Source of the DNA: Camelus ferus
Taxonomy: Eukaryota
NCBI RefSeq assembly: GCF_009834535.1
Contig: NC_045702.1
Coordinates: 59,272,001-59,336,000 of the forward strand
Direction: 5' to 3'
Length of the DNA stretch: 64,000 nucleotides
Shown: positions 25,596 to 36,800 of the stretch, in pieces
How the letters are laid out: the number at the start of each line of letters is the position of its first letter
Numbering within the stretch: position 1 is the stretch's first letter
Made by a program: the position numbers and the translations under genes
The notes under the pieces: model-generated
What the model was told of the DNA's origin: nothing
Database searches by the model: none
The model's input: only the letters and a program-made list of their open reading frames with translations

Positions 25596-26649
25596 CTCTA
25601 ATGCAGACTGAAAATGTTTTCCTGGTCTTGGCCAGAAAAGGCCTTGGTGACTGGGTGTAGAAGAGAAAGAGTTATTGCATCTCATAGGCACAGGACAGAG
25701 GACAGGAGAAAGGAATGAGTGTAAGGTGCTAAAGAAGTTGTATTGCCTTTTGAAGTTAGTATTTATCCTAAGAATTGAATTTTGGATCTTGAGAAGCCAT
25801 TACTTTGTTAACTAGATACTGTCCTTCCACTGTTGCTGTTGTTCTTTCATACTAAGTGTTTTTGGGAGCTTCAACCTGTCGTATTTGGAGAACTGAAGGT
25901 ACCCTGCACTGCTACAGTGCCCGAGTTATAGAAGTGCCATCCAGTGGGGCTGGTAGTACCCATCATCAAAGTATAGAAATCTGGACGAAAACTCAATGGG
26001 GATGAAGCTGGAGGTTCTTGGACAACTGCCTTTCCCCACCGAGGGTGTCTCCCCTCAAGGCTAAAACCTAGGTGGGTCTGAGTTTATCTTTATAATGGAG
26101 GTTGTCCCCTCCAAACTGTTGGGTAGTTGCTTGCCAAATTCCACAACTTGGCACCCAATGGTGACCTTGGGCAAAGGGATACGTACCATTCTTAGTTTTC
26201 TGCCCACCACTTTTCTTTCCTTGTAGCAAGTGACTTGGGGATACAAGTGCAAAGTACCACCTAGAAGCCCTGGGAAGAAATGCTGGGTATGCAGGATGTT
26301 CAGTAAATAATTTTCAGAAAATTATACTTGAGAGGACATTGAGTTTCTATTTGTCTTACCTAGAGTCACAGCAAGATTTCACTCAGTGAAGACACTGACC
26401 TGAGAACTGGTATGAGCTATGTAACCAACTAGGAGACAAAAGGAGTATTTTGGTTTTCTAAAAATAAATCCATTTTTATAGAAGATAGTTCTAGGATCAA
26501 ATTCTCCTTCCTGATATGGGCATCATATAGTAACAACAGGTTTCCCAGTTACAATGTACACTGTGAATTTAAAGCTTTTAATAATCTTGTTCAGACATTT
26601 CATTTTTTTCTATTTAGGAAGGCATGAATTAGAGTTTTCAGGCTCTGCT

Positions 26650-27020
26650 CTCTGTCCCCAGAGCATACTTTCCCAGCATATTCTGTGATGTTTCTAGCCT
26701 CTAGGCTTTGCTCATGCAATTTCCCAGACTGGAATGCCCTTTCCTCCTTTCTTCAATTGGCTAAATCCTCAGTACCCTTTAGGACTAATTTTAGGCATTA
26801 TCCCCTCTTTTGGACTCTCGAGTTGGACTCAATGTCCTTCCTCCAGCTTCCCATTGCATTGAATACCTTTATCTTGTTTTTTAGTTTTATTTAATTGAAA
26901 TTATCTGCTTTGGAGGGTTTTTCCCTCCCTTCACTAAAATCTCAAGTCCTCATGAGTAGAGTCTGTCTTTATTCAGTCTTTCCATCTCTAGATCTAGTAA
27001 AGTCCTTAATAATGTCAGTT
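26650..27020 (+). mobile_element. L2 3' fragment
   Basis: ttcccagactggaatgcccttt...aatcctcagtaccctttagg...gtagagtctgtctttattcag. Confidence 0.65.
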
Positions 27021-27270
27021 GAGCCAAATTAAATGGGCCAAAGCTGGTTTCCAGTAAGATGTAGTGAGAGTTCCATTCTTTCGTAGCTTTAGAAGTAAGA
27101 CCTGATAATCTTTAGCCACCATTGAAACAATGGAGCCAAAATTAAGCTCCACTTTTCAACCTTTCCAGAGAAGTTAAATAGAAGAAACTGAAGCTAGACT
27201 TGAATCTTATTGCTGACTTCTAACTTGTTTTGAAGCAAGTTTTTTATTCCATGTGTCTTAATTTGTACAA

Positions 27271-27640
27271 CGGCAAAATGACTGTGAATTTTATCTCATT
27301 GAAATCTGTTGTGCCTGATATTCTTATTGAACCGTTCAATGTCAACCATCATAAATGCAGCTCGTTATTCCAAAAACAGCACGTGCACTTAATAAATGCA
27401 GAAGTGAAGACCAAGAGTCTCGGAGCAGTTGTACTGATTTGACATATTCTTGGAATTGACAGAGAGGATGTATTTCCATGTGGCAAGCTACTGGATCCGC
27501 CCCCCCCAACCCGCCCTCCCCCTTTTTCAGGTTATAAACACTTTCCTCGTTGACGTTTATTAGAAAGTAACATAAAGCAGATTGCGAAGTTTGCATTCTG
27601 TGGACATTTCATATTGGGCATATTGTATGCTCTCCGTGTG
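27271..27640. promoter_or_regulatory. Candidate enhancer (CpG-retaining, non-repetitive)
   Basis: 11 CpG in 366 bp in a CpG-depleted background, CACGTG at 27380-27385, and two CCGCCC boxes at 27497 and 27511. Confidence 0.45.
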
Positions 27641-28441
27641 CCAGGCATGATGGCATCCTTGGAGGTTAAGCCTTTAAATCCTGTTCTACTATTTTAATAA
27701 TTTCATTGACTTAACCTTTATATACATGAAGTGTATAATTTCCTCAAAGAATACTTTGCTGCTCTGTGCTTGCTGAAAGAATGCTTCAGGTTAGAAATTC
27801 AGTCTGTGATCTGTCAGGTGATGATACAAAAGGTTTAACTTAAACACAAACACTAGGTCACAGAGGGACAGGATCCAGATGGTTTCGTATTTGGTTACAC
27901 CATCCTCCATCTCCCTGGCATTTCTATCCTTTCTTTTCTTTTCTGCCATCTGTCAATGAATCTGAATGAGGAACTTAATCACATATGCTATCAACAGGTT
28001 AGTTTTTTTTTTTTCCACCTCTCTTTCATGGGGTGGTAATCAAAGAGTATATTATAAAACACTATCTAGTTTTACGTTGTACTCAATGTTTTCTCCAGAG
28101 CTGAGCAGTTTAAGACTAAGGTTAGGCCGTTAGTAATTCCAGTATTTGAGGCAAATGAATCAAATTTTATATTTGATCTAATTTAATGAATATAGTATAT
28201 TTTCTTTCCAATTCTTTGTTCTTTCTATTCTTCCCATTCTTTCTATTCTATGGTGAATAGTGTATTTGATAATTAATTGGTTATAATTTATTATTACTAA
28301 AATGTAGGTTTTGTTATTAATTATAGTAATAATACATTATAACTTATTATAGTAAATTACCATATTTTTTGGAAATTGAACATTTTAAATTAACCAACAC
28401 AAGAAATTAACAACCGTATATAAAGTGTCTTAATCAATGAA

Positions 28442-28632
28442 CCTTGGTGTCAGAATCACAGTTAAGTACTAGCTGTGTGGTCTCAGGCGCATAGCTTAAT
28501 CTTTATAAGCCTCGTCTGTAAAGGCAATATAGGACTGTGTAACTTGTGGGGTTATTGTAGGATTAATGAGGTAGATATATACAGCATTTAGCAGGGTGCT
28601 TGAGACTCAATAAGTGCTCAATAAATGATAAT
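28442..28632 (+). mobile_element. MIR SINE
   Basis: actagctgtgtggtctcaggc...gttattgtaggattaatgag...taagtgctcaataaatg. Confidence 0.8.
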
Positions 28633-28948
28633 AGTTTTCATTTTTTGTATTTGAATAGTTTTCATTAATAGTATTTAGTGGTCAAACTATCTTTGACCGC
28701 TAAAGTAAAGAGATAAAATAATGAAATGGAGTTTTAAAACAACCACTACTCTATTTTTAAATGTGATTCTCAGGTGGTTTTATAAAAACTATTTTTATTA
28801 TAGAGAGATACAGCTCCATGAGTACAATTATTATCACCTGCCCAAAGTTAGCCACTGCTTAGCTCATGTGTCTTGGGTGGAAGGCTGCATATTACTTTTC
28901 TATTGTGCTTTCTACCAAGTCCATTGAACTTATATCAACAACTTGGAA

Positions 28949-29467
28949 CAGACTTCAGTAAACTGCAGCCTACAGACCAAATCCAGGCCCATCTGTTTTT
29001 GTGTGGTCTGAGAGCTAGGAATGGTTTATATATTTTTAAATAGTATGGAAATTTTTTTACAGAATAATACTTTGTGACATAGGAAAAATTTTTTTCCTTT
29101 TTCAGTTTTATTAGGTAGAATTATTACAGTTCGACTGCACATACACATTATATTGCATGTAAATACACATAGACAGTATACTGCATTTTTTTTTAGTTTA
29201 CATATATGTACTGATTATTGTTTCTAAGAACAGATTAGAGCTTTAGGTTTTTAAACTTACATAGTTATCAAAGGAATAAATTATATGAAATTCAGTTTTT
29301 AGTGCCCATAAATAAAGTTTTATTGGAACACAGCCACTTGCATTTATTTACATGTTACCTACAACAGCTTTTGACCAGCAGAGTTGAGTACTTGTGACAA
29401 AGACTGCATGACCTGCAAGGCCTAAAATATTATCTAGCCCTTGACAGAAAAATTGTGTTAACCCCTG
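28949..29467 (+). mobile_element. MER58B hAT-Charlie element interrupted by a 187-bp insertion
   Basis: Matches the recalled MER58B consensus on both sides of 29091-29277. Degenerate 8-bp TSD acttggaa (28941-28948) and acttcaaa (29468-29475). Confidence 0.9.
29091..29277 (-). mobile_element. 5'-truncated retroposed poly(A) fragment of unidentified source
   Basis: On the minus strand it ends ...ctacctAATAAAactgaaaaaggaaaaa (TTTATT at 29107-29112). The MER58B target aaatt is duplicated at 29086-29090 and 29278-29282. Confidence 0.7.
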
Positions 29468-29534
29468 ACTTCAAATAAAAAAATGTATTTATGGATGAGG
29501 CTTTCAGAATCCAGCCCTCTCAATTTAAAGATCA

Positions 29535-29977
29535 TATTTTAGTTTAGTAGGGCTGCCATAACAAAGTACCAGAAACTGGGTGCCTCGACACAACAGAAAT
29601 TGATTGTCTTAAAGTTCTGGAGACTAGAAATCTCAAATCAAGGTGTGGGCAGGGTCATGCTCTCTCTGAAACCTGTAGAGGAATCCTTCTTTGTCTCTTC
29701 CTTGCTACTAGTGGTTTGCTAGCAGTCTTTGGCATTCCTTGGCTTGCACCCACATAAATTCAGTCCCTTGTCACATGGCATTCTCCCTGTGTCTCTGTCT
29801 TCAATGACATCAGTTATATTGAATCATAACCTACTCCAGTATGACTTCATCTTAACTAATCCCATTTGCAAGAGCCCTATTTCTAAATATTTTGAGGTAC
29901 TGAGGGTTAGGATTTCAACATATCTTTTTGTTTTTGCAGGGTAGGTTGGTTAGGGAGACACAATTCAACATGTAACC
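29535..29977 (-). mobile_element. MLT1 (C/D-like) MaLR solo LTR
   Basis: agggctgccataacaaagtacc...gttctggagactagaaatctcaaatcaaggtg...gacttcatcttaactaat...ggagacacaattcaac. Confidence 0.88.
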
Positions 29978-29979
29978 GT

Positions 29980-30130
29980 CAGGAAACTGGATTCCAAAAA
30001 TATGAAGAAATTCACCCAAAGTCACAAAGAAAGTTAGTGGCAGAACCAAGACAAGACTTTGAATTCATACAGACTTGAACCAGAACCTGGAAAGCTTGAT
30101 TTCTACTTAATGAATAATCTTTCCACTACA
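29980..30130 (-). mobile_element. MIR fragment
   Basis: ggaaactgg...cccaaagtcacaaagaaagttagtggcagaacc...tttccactacac. Confidence 0.6.
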
Positions 30131-30259
30131 CTATATGGGTTCAAAGTGAATTAATCTCCTGTATCTAATGTATGTGCAATACAGAACTTTTTTGAGTCCC
30201 TTTTAGGACATATATATTTAAGCATTAATAATGAAACATGCTAATTAAAGTTATGGACT

Positions 30260-30402
30260 ATTTTTTAACACCTTTATTATGGTCTGATTCCTGTACAGTA
30301 AATTACACATATTTCAGAAGTACAATCTGATGAATTTTGATAGATACATACACCAATAAAACCACCACCCCAATCAAGATAGCTAACATTTCCATCACTC
30401 CC
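30260..30402 (-). mobile_element. L1 3'-end fragment
   Basis: gtacaatctgatgaattttgatagatacatacacc...ccaccccaatcaagatagctaacatttccatcactcc. Confidence 0.75.
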
Positions 30403-31429
30403 TGAGTTATGGACTATCATTGGCTAAAATCCCCAGTACTAAAATTAATTGTTTATTTATTTATACCAGGAGAGAATGAGTGTGATGAGTTATTTTATTT
30501 CTATTTCATTTGCAGGCTAATCATTCTAGAAAACAGGATAATGTGTATTCATAATCCACATTATGTGGTAACACCTTAGTATTCTGCTGAACTGTCAAAG
30601 TTTATATTCTTATTCAGAAGTGACATGCATATAAAACAACACTAAGGACGAAAAATCAGTAATGTAAATAATGATTTGTTACGTTATTTTAAAAATAACG
30701 TTAACTGCTAGCTATATAATTTTTTTCTTTTCCCAATGGCTATCACTTTTATCAGCTATAAAATCTGAAGCCTAAAGTTGTTTTTCTCAGAGCTACTCTA
30801 AAAGTAGTGTTTTTAGGTGGATTCTCACCTTCCCATAGTTCTGTCAATAGTTGTATGCAAAGAGTTAATAGAATTTCTCAGTGTTAAAATATCATTAAAA
30901 TATGGAGTAGAGAAAAAAGAATCCTATTAGAGCTAAAAGTAATAGGAATGCAGCAAATAAAGAAATATATTGGTGTCAACACAGGACAGGAAGTTTTTTT
31001 TACCAGACCTTGTTTACCTGTAAATACCAACTATTCTTCAGAATATTTTTCAAATAGTATCTGATGCTTATGTTATAGGGAAGCCAGGGCATTTCAGACT
31101 AAAGAAAGCCACCCATGCGATTTAGCAGTGCTGTTCTCTTGAGCTGAACCGAGGCTCTTTGGTTTAATGTTTTGGAAGATACTGCCACCTCCATCAGCCA
31201 GCAATAAGGCAATTAGGTACATGGCTCAGTCACCCTAGGGATAAATAGCCCCACATGAACCTGCAGCTGTAACATTTGGACACTCAAAACCTACAGTATC
31301 TTAAACTTAAATTATTATACTTTGAAGGAAAAAACTGACAGTAGCTTTGTTACTGCACAGAAAGTTCCAAGTTTAGTGGGTCATGGGGTAATTAATTGCT
31401 ATAACATGTGCCTTTGAAGTAGTTGGAAG

Positions 31430-31560
31430 AAAGGAAAAATTACCCCATTTGACTGATAGAAAAACTGAGACATGAACAGCTAACTTGCTTGTGGTTACCC
31501 AGGGAATAGTTGGCTGAGATGCCAGGATTCCTGACTCCAAATTCATTGCTGTAACCACCA
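31430..31560 (-). mobile_element. MIR fragment
   Basis: ttaccccatttgactgatagaaaaactgagac...cctgactccaaattcattgct. Confidence 0.65.
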
Positions 31561-32289
31561 GACTGAAACCAGCCGCCAAAGGCTATAATTTGGTCTTGAG
31601 GCCGTGGCCATAGTTTAGAACCACAATAGTGAGGGAAACACACTTTAAGGAGAGCCTTGAAAATCTTTCAAGGGAATTATGCCTCTTTATCTATGTTGAT
31701 TATGAAAAGATTAGAATAAATGAGAGTTTTGGCTCCACCACATTTGTGGTTTTGGGTTAGGCTGGGGCCCCTTTTAGGAAACTGGGAAAGTATGCCTTAT
31801 CCTTGGGCCCAAATTTTTAAACCAATTGTATTGCATTTTATAATGCACGAATCAATGTGTTAACATTATGCTTTTTATTTGGCAGAAGTCATAACATGTG
31901 TTGCCATGGATATAGCAAGATGGGCCAGAGAGGAGCGGATTGGAGACTAGGAAACTGAGAGAGCACACTTCTTGGGACCACACGGTGATTTGGAACGGCC
32001 CTGAGGTAGGTAATCTGAATGGGCATAGACTTTGCATTGAGGAAACCTTCCGTGTCTTCAGGAGTTGCAGCAGACCGTGTTCTGACTGTGGGTACCAGGC
32101 TGAAATTCTGAAAGACAAGTCTCAGGCATTATGGAGGTTGGGCTGTTCATCTTTGGGGTTGAGGCTCAAAGAGTAGGTTTCAATGTCAACATTCAAGCTA
32201 TTTTTGAAAGAGTAAAGCAATACTCTTACTCCTTTAGAATGGGGTATTAGGTAATAATAATCATTACATCAATATCAATAGTAGCTATA

Positions 32290-32535
32290 TTATATCTACT
32301 CTTTGTTGAGCTTTTGTGGGATGGTTGTTATGCTAGCTTTTTATATTTGTTACCTTATTCATTCCTAGCTAAAACCCTGCAATATAGGTTTTGTTTTTTA
32401 TATTTTATAAATGTGGAAATTGAGACTCAGAGAGGGGCTAACTGACTTGCCCAAAGTCACAAGGATACAATAGGACGGAGAAGGATTTGAATTCAAGACT
32501 TCAATCCCCCAACTCATGCTTTTTGTTCATCCTTA
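32290..32535 (-). mobile_element. MIR SINE
   Basis: ttttataaatgtggaaattgagactcagagagg...gacttgcccaaagtcac...ggatttgaattcaagac. Confidence 0.8.
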
Positions 32536-32809
32536 CTGGAGTAGGGGGCATGTCAGCACCTCAGTCCGTAGGCAGAAGGTGAGAGCTCAGTTAGCAGATC
32601 CGGGAAGCAAGGCTGACAGAGGCACTGGGCAAACTCTCAATATGTTTTTTTAAGAACAAGTTTGGTTCTAGAGATTAGGCTTTGGCTGTGTTTTCAAGCA
32701 GGAGTGGAACAGCTCTAGAGTAGGAAACTGAGGTTGCTAAACAGGGCCTTCCCCATTTGTGAGTGTTCTTCCCCATAACGGCAGCTCTTCCTCACTCATT
32801 AGTGGTTCT

Positions 32810-32990
32810 GCACACAGACTTTGAAGTCATGCAGATTTAATTTCAAATCTTGTTTCAGACCCTTACTAGCTGCGTGGTCAGGGGTAATTCACTTAACTTC
32901 TCTGAGCCCTAATTTCCTCATCTTCAGGGCTGGCATCTCACAGGATTATTGTGAAGAGTCAATGAAGTCTTGTGTACAAGTATACAATGA
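32810..32990 (+). mobile_element. MIR SINE
   Basis: cccttactagctgcgtggtcaggggtaattcacttaacttctctgagccctaatttcctcatct. Confidence 0.8.
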
Positions 32991-33049
32991 AGTCTTGTGA
33001 CAGGTTGTCAGCGTCCTCAATGCTACATTACATTAGTTACATTAATTAC

Positions 33050-33204
33050 TTTAGAATCATCTAGAGGGCTGTGAAACCCCTGATGGCTGGGCACATTTCA
33101 GGTCACTTAAATCAGAATCTCTAGGCATGGAACTCCAGAAAGTGGTATTTTTTTTTCCAAAACTCCCCATGTGATTTCAGTGTACAGCCAAGGTTAGACA
33201 CCAA
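33050..33204. mobile_element. MER5-type hAT-Charlie MITE
   Basis: aaatcagaatctctagg...ctccccatgtgatttcagtgtacagccaaggttagacacca. Confidence 0.7.
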
Positions 33205-34419
33205 CATGTGAATGCTGAATAATATTTTTCTCTTCTTTAGTTGAAAAGTAGTTTTCTTCCTTAGTCTAGCAAAGAATTGGAGAAATTTCTGAGTGAAAAT
33301 AACTATAGCTAAGCTAAATATTAACTCTGAGTGTTTTCCTACTTATAAAGGGCGAACTAACTTTTCATATTTACTTTCTCAGAAGTTCAAAGTTACTACA
33401 TTTCCTTCATTTTATTAGGTTTCCAGTTTAGCTATTAATTTGAACAGTGAATGGGAATGAAAAATCAAGGGCATGTTTTTAAGGATAGGCATATACCTCT
33501 AAGACAGATCATCTGTTTCACCCCTGCCCTGAAACCCCACCCAACCCACATACATTTCCCCACTTTGGGAGGGCCTTGTGTTGCGGGGTGGCAGTGTCTG
33601 AGACTAAGTTGTGTCTGAAACCCATCTCTGGCATTTGGGAGGCCAGAGGACATGACAACCTGAGGCCTGGGTCAGGGACTGGCTCCCAGTGGGAGGGCAG
33701 TGTAGAGCTGCCTTTCTGGGATAGAGGATTGTGGGGACAACCGGTGGGAAGTTTGGAGGCCAATGCCTGCAGGGGCACTGAGAATTCAGAATTTAGAGCC
33801 AAAGGCAAATCCTGAGTCCACTGAGCAGGAGTGGAACTGTAAATGAGGGAGAACTGAATGGAAACTGGGCTGAATCAGGAGCAGACTGGAAACCAGAAAA
33901 GAGATTGCTGAATGATTGTCTCAAGCACCATTGCATATACACTGCTCAAATGTGGGTGTCTAACTGGTTTAATGGTCAAGGTGCGTGTGTCATAAAAACA
34001 TATATACCATGATCCTTAAGTCCGTCAATGACCAATAATTTTTGAAAAGTGTCAGTTGGCCTAGAAATAGTTGGCATAACTCATAGAACATACTAGTTGT
34101 TTAAAAAGTGGAGAATAGAGTGACAGTAGCATGACTGTCCATCCTGGTTTGACAGGTATAACTTAATTATAAATAGGGCTCCCCCTTCTTCTCAAAGTTG
34201 TCCTGATTGGCAAAAAAAAAATTTTATAGCCCCCTCTGTATAAAAGTCTTGGAGTTCTATATACTTCTAAACTAGAACTGGCCACAACAACTATATCTAT
34301 AGACTTAATTAGAATTGTAAAAATTAGTGTCTGACCACCTGTGAGGATAAAGGTATAAATTATTTACCAAATTCATTCCTTACTTTGATGGAGCAGTTGT
34401 TCCACAAGTTGAAAGTTCT

Positions 34420-36800
34420 TTATAACCAGTTTTTTATTGACCATTTGTTCTTTTCATATGAATTTTAGCATCACTTTGTTGAATTCCTAGAAGCAACTTT
34501 GAGATTTTGATTGAAATTGTATTGAATTTAAGGAACAATTTTGGGGAAAGAATTGATATGTTAATGATTTGGGGGTCTTTCTAACCAGAAGTTTAGTATA
34601 TCCATATTTTTATTAGATCATAGTGTCTTTCAATAAAGCTTTATGATTTACCCAGAAAGACTTTGCATGTCTTTTGAGAAGTAGTAAAGAATAGGGGCTT
34701 TGAGTTTGGAATCTGGCACCAGACTGCCTGGGTTTGAATCCTGTCATTTGCAAGCTGTGTAAACTTATGTCACCTCCCTGTGCCTCAGTTTCTTCACCTT
34801 TAAAATGTGGGTATAATTATGCTCATTTCAAAGGGCTATTGTAAATAGAAAATGAATTAATATGTAAAACATGTAGTAACAGGTCTGGGAAATAGTAGGA
34901 AACATAAGCATTTGCTGCTAGTATTCCTGAGTTACTTCTTTTTGTAATTACATTTTATATAATGTTGACTTTAAACTTAATTCTGTTGTGGTCAGATACC
35001 ATTTATTAGAAATTTCCTGAGAATTGCTCTATGGCCTACATTTGGTCAGTTTTCATAAATATTCCATGAGTTCTTCAGAAGAATGTGTATTCTTAAGTTA
35101 TTAGGTACAGATTTCTTTATATGTTAATTAAATTGAATTTATGAATTATATTGTTCAAATCTTCTATGTTAATACATTTAAAGTCTGTGGGTTTCACTAG
35201 ATTAGTGGATGAAATTGAGTTAGTAATGTAGAAGATCTCTAAATAGTTTAAAATTTTCACAATGCCTACTGGAAATTATGTATATAAAACAACCATGAGG
35301 TTTCTCAGCTTAAATAAAGCATAAGGTTCCTTTGCTTTTTACTGGGATTAGATCAAGTCCTTATGTTCAGAGTAGCAGTTATTTATACCTCTGATTTTTA
35401 AAAATAAAATTATTGCACAACAAAATGCTGCTGTATTTCTACTAGTTTTTTGTTTTTTTAATCTCTTTGACCTATCAAGAATTGAGAGAGGTGTGCTGAA
35501 ATCTCACACTATAAGAAGGGATTTGTCCATTTCTCTCTATGGTTCTATCGACTTTTGATTTATATCATTTGAAGCTATTTTATTACTTACATGCAATTTT
35601 AGAATTGTTATATTATCCTGGGGAGTTGAAACTTTTGTTGTTATATTGGGACATTCTCTATCCATAAGAATGGTTTTTTGTCTCAAAGTCTATCTCATCT
35701 GTATTATTATAGCTATCCCAACTCCTTTTGATTAGTATTTGCTTGGTTAGTTTTCCCTATCATTTTATTTCCCACTGTTTCATGTACTTAGGTATGTTTT
35801 TGGTGTACCATTTGTGAACAAAATGTAGTTGGATTTTATTTTTCATCTAGTCCGATACCTTTATTTTTATCTGGCAAGTTTAATACAATTATGCTTTCTG
35901 TGATTACTGATATATCTGGGCTTTTTTTTTTTTAACCATCAGACTTTGTTCCTTCTATTTGATTCATATTTTCTTTGCTTCTTCCATTTATCTTCCTGCC
36001 TTTTGGGGTTGATGGACTATTTTGTTTGTCTTTTTATTCCATTTTCTTCCCTTTGTTTATTTGAAAGCTTTTCATTTTACTTCTGTTGTTTTAGTGATCA
36101 CCCTTGAAATTAGGAAATAAGCTTAAAGAAGTCAGTAATCAATGCCTTTGTCTCTCTCTGGAAGAATACACACATCCTTAACATATTTAATTCTAATCAC
36201 TCTCTCATCTTCAGTGTTTCTGTCTTTTTTAAGCCATCAAAACTGAATTATTACTATTTCATGCAGATAATGTTTTTTAGCTTTACCTCTGTGTTTAAAC
36301 ATTTCTGTGCTCACTTTTCTTCATGTGTAGGCTGTATTTTCTTTCTTGGGATCATTTTCCCTCTTTCTAACAATCATCCTTTAGAAATTTCTTTAGTAAA
36401 GATCTTTTAGTGATGATTTCAACTTTTGTTTGCCAAAAATGTCTTTGTTTTTTTGCCTTTGTGCTTAAAAGACAGTTGTTCCAAGGATGTAAGTTGGCAG
36501 TTATTTTCTGCCAGCACTTTGAAAATATTATTTCACTGTTTTCTGGCTTCTCTTATTGCATTGGAGAATCTCCCTGTAATTTGTGGATCATTTTTTCCTG
36601 TTGCTTTTAAGATTTTCCCTTTGTCTTTGGTGTTCTGTAGCTTCACTAAAATGTATTTAGTTGTGGATTTCTTTTTATTTATTTTTCTTGGCATGTGTCG
36701 TGCTTCTGGTGTCTGTGAACATGTGTTTCCTCAATGCTGGAAAATTCTGAGCCTTTATCTTGGATGTGGCCTTTCTCTTTTGTCTCTTTCTGGGGTTTGG
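34420..36800 (-). mobile_element. Degraded old L1 (L1M/L1ME-like; ORF1 and ORF2 remnants)
   Basis: Antisense L1 text throughout, e.g. ttctgttgtggtcagatacc, tgtgctgaaatctcacactat, ttctgccagcactttgaaaatattatttcactgttttctggcttc. Confidence 0.8.
34690..34925 (+). mobile_element. MIR SINE inside the L1
   Basis: ccagactgcctgggtttgaatcctg...ctccctgtgcctcagtttcttcacctttaaaatgtggg. Confidence 0.85.
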
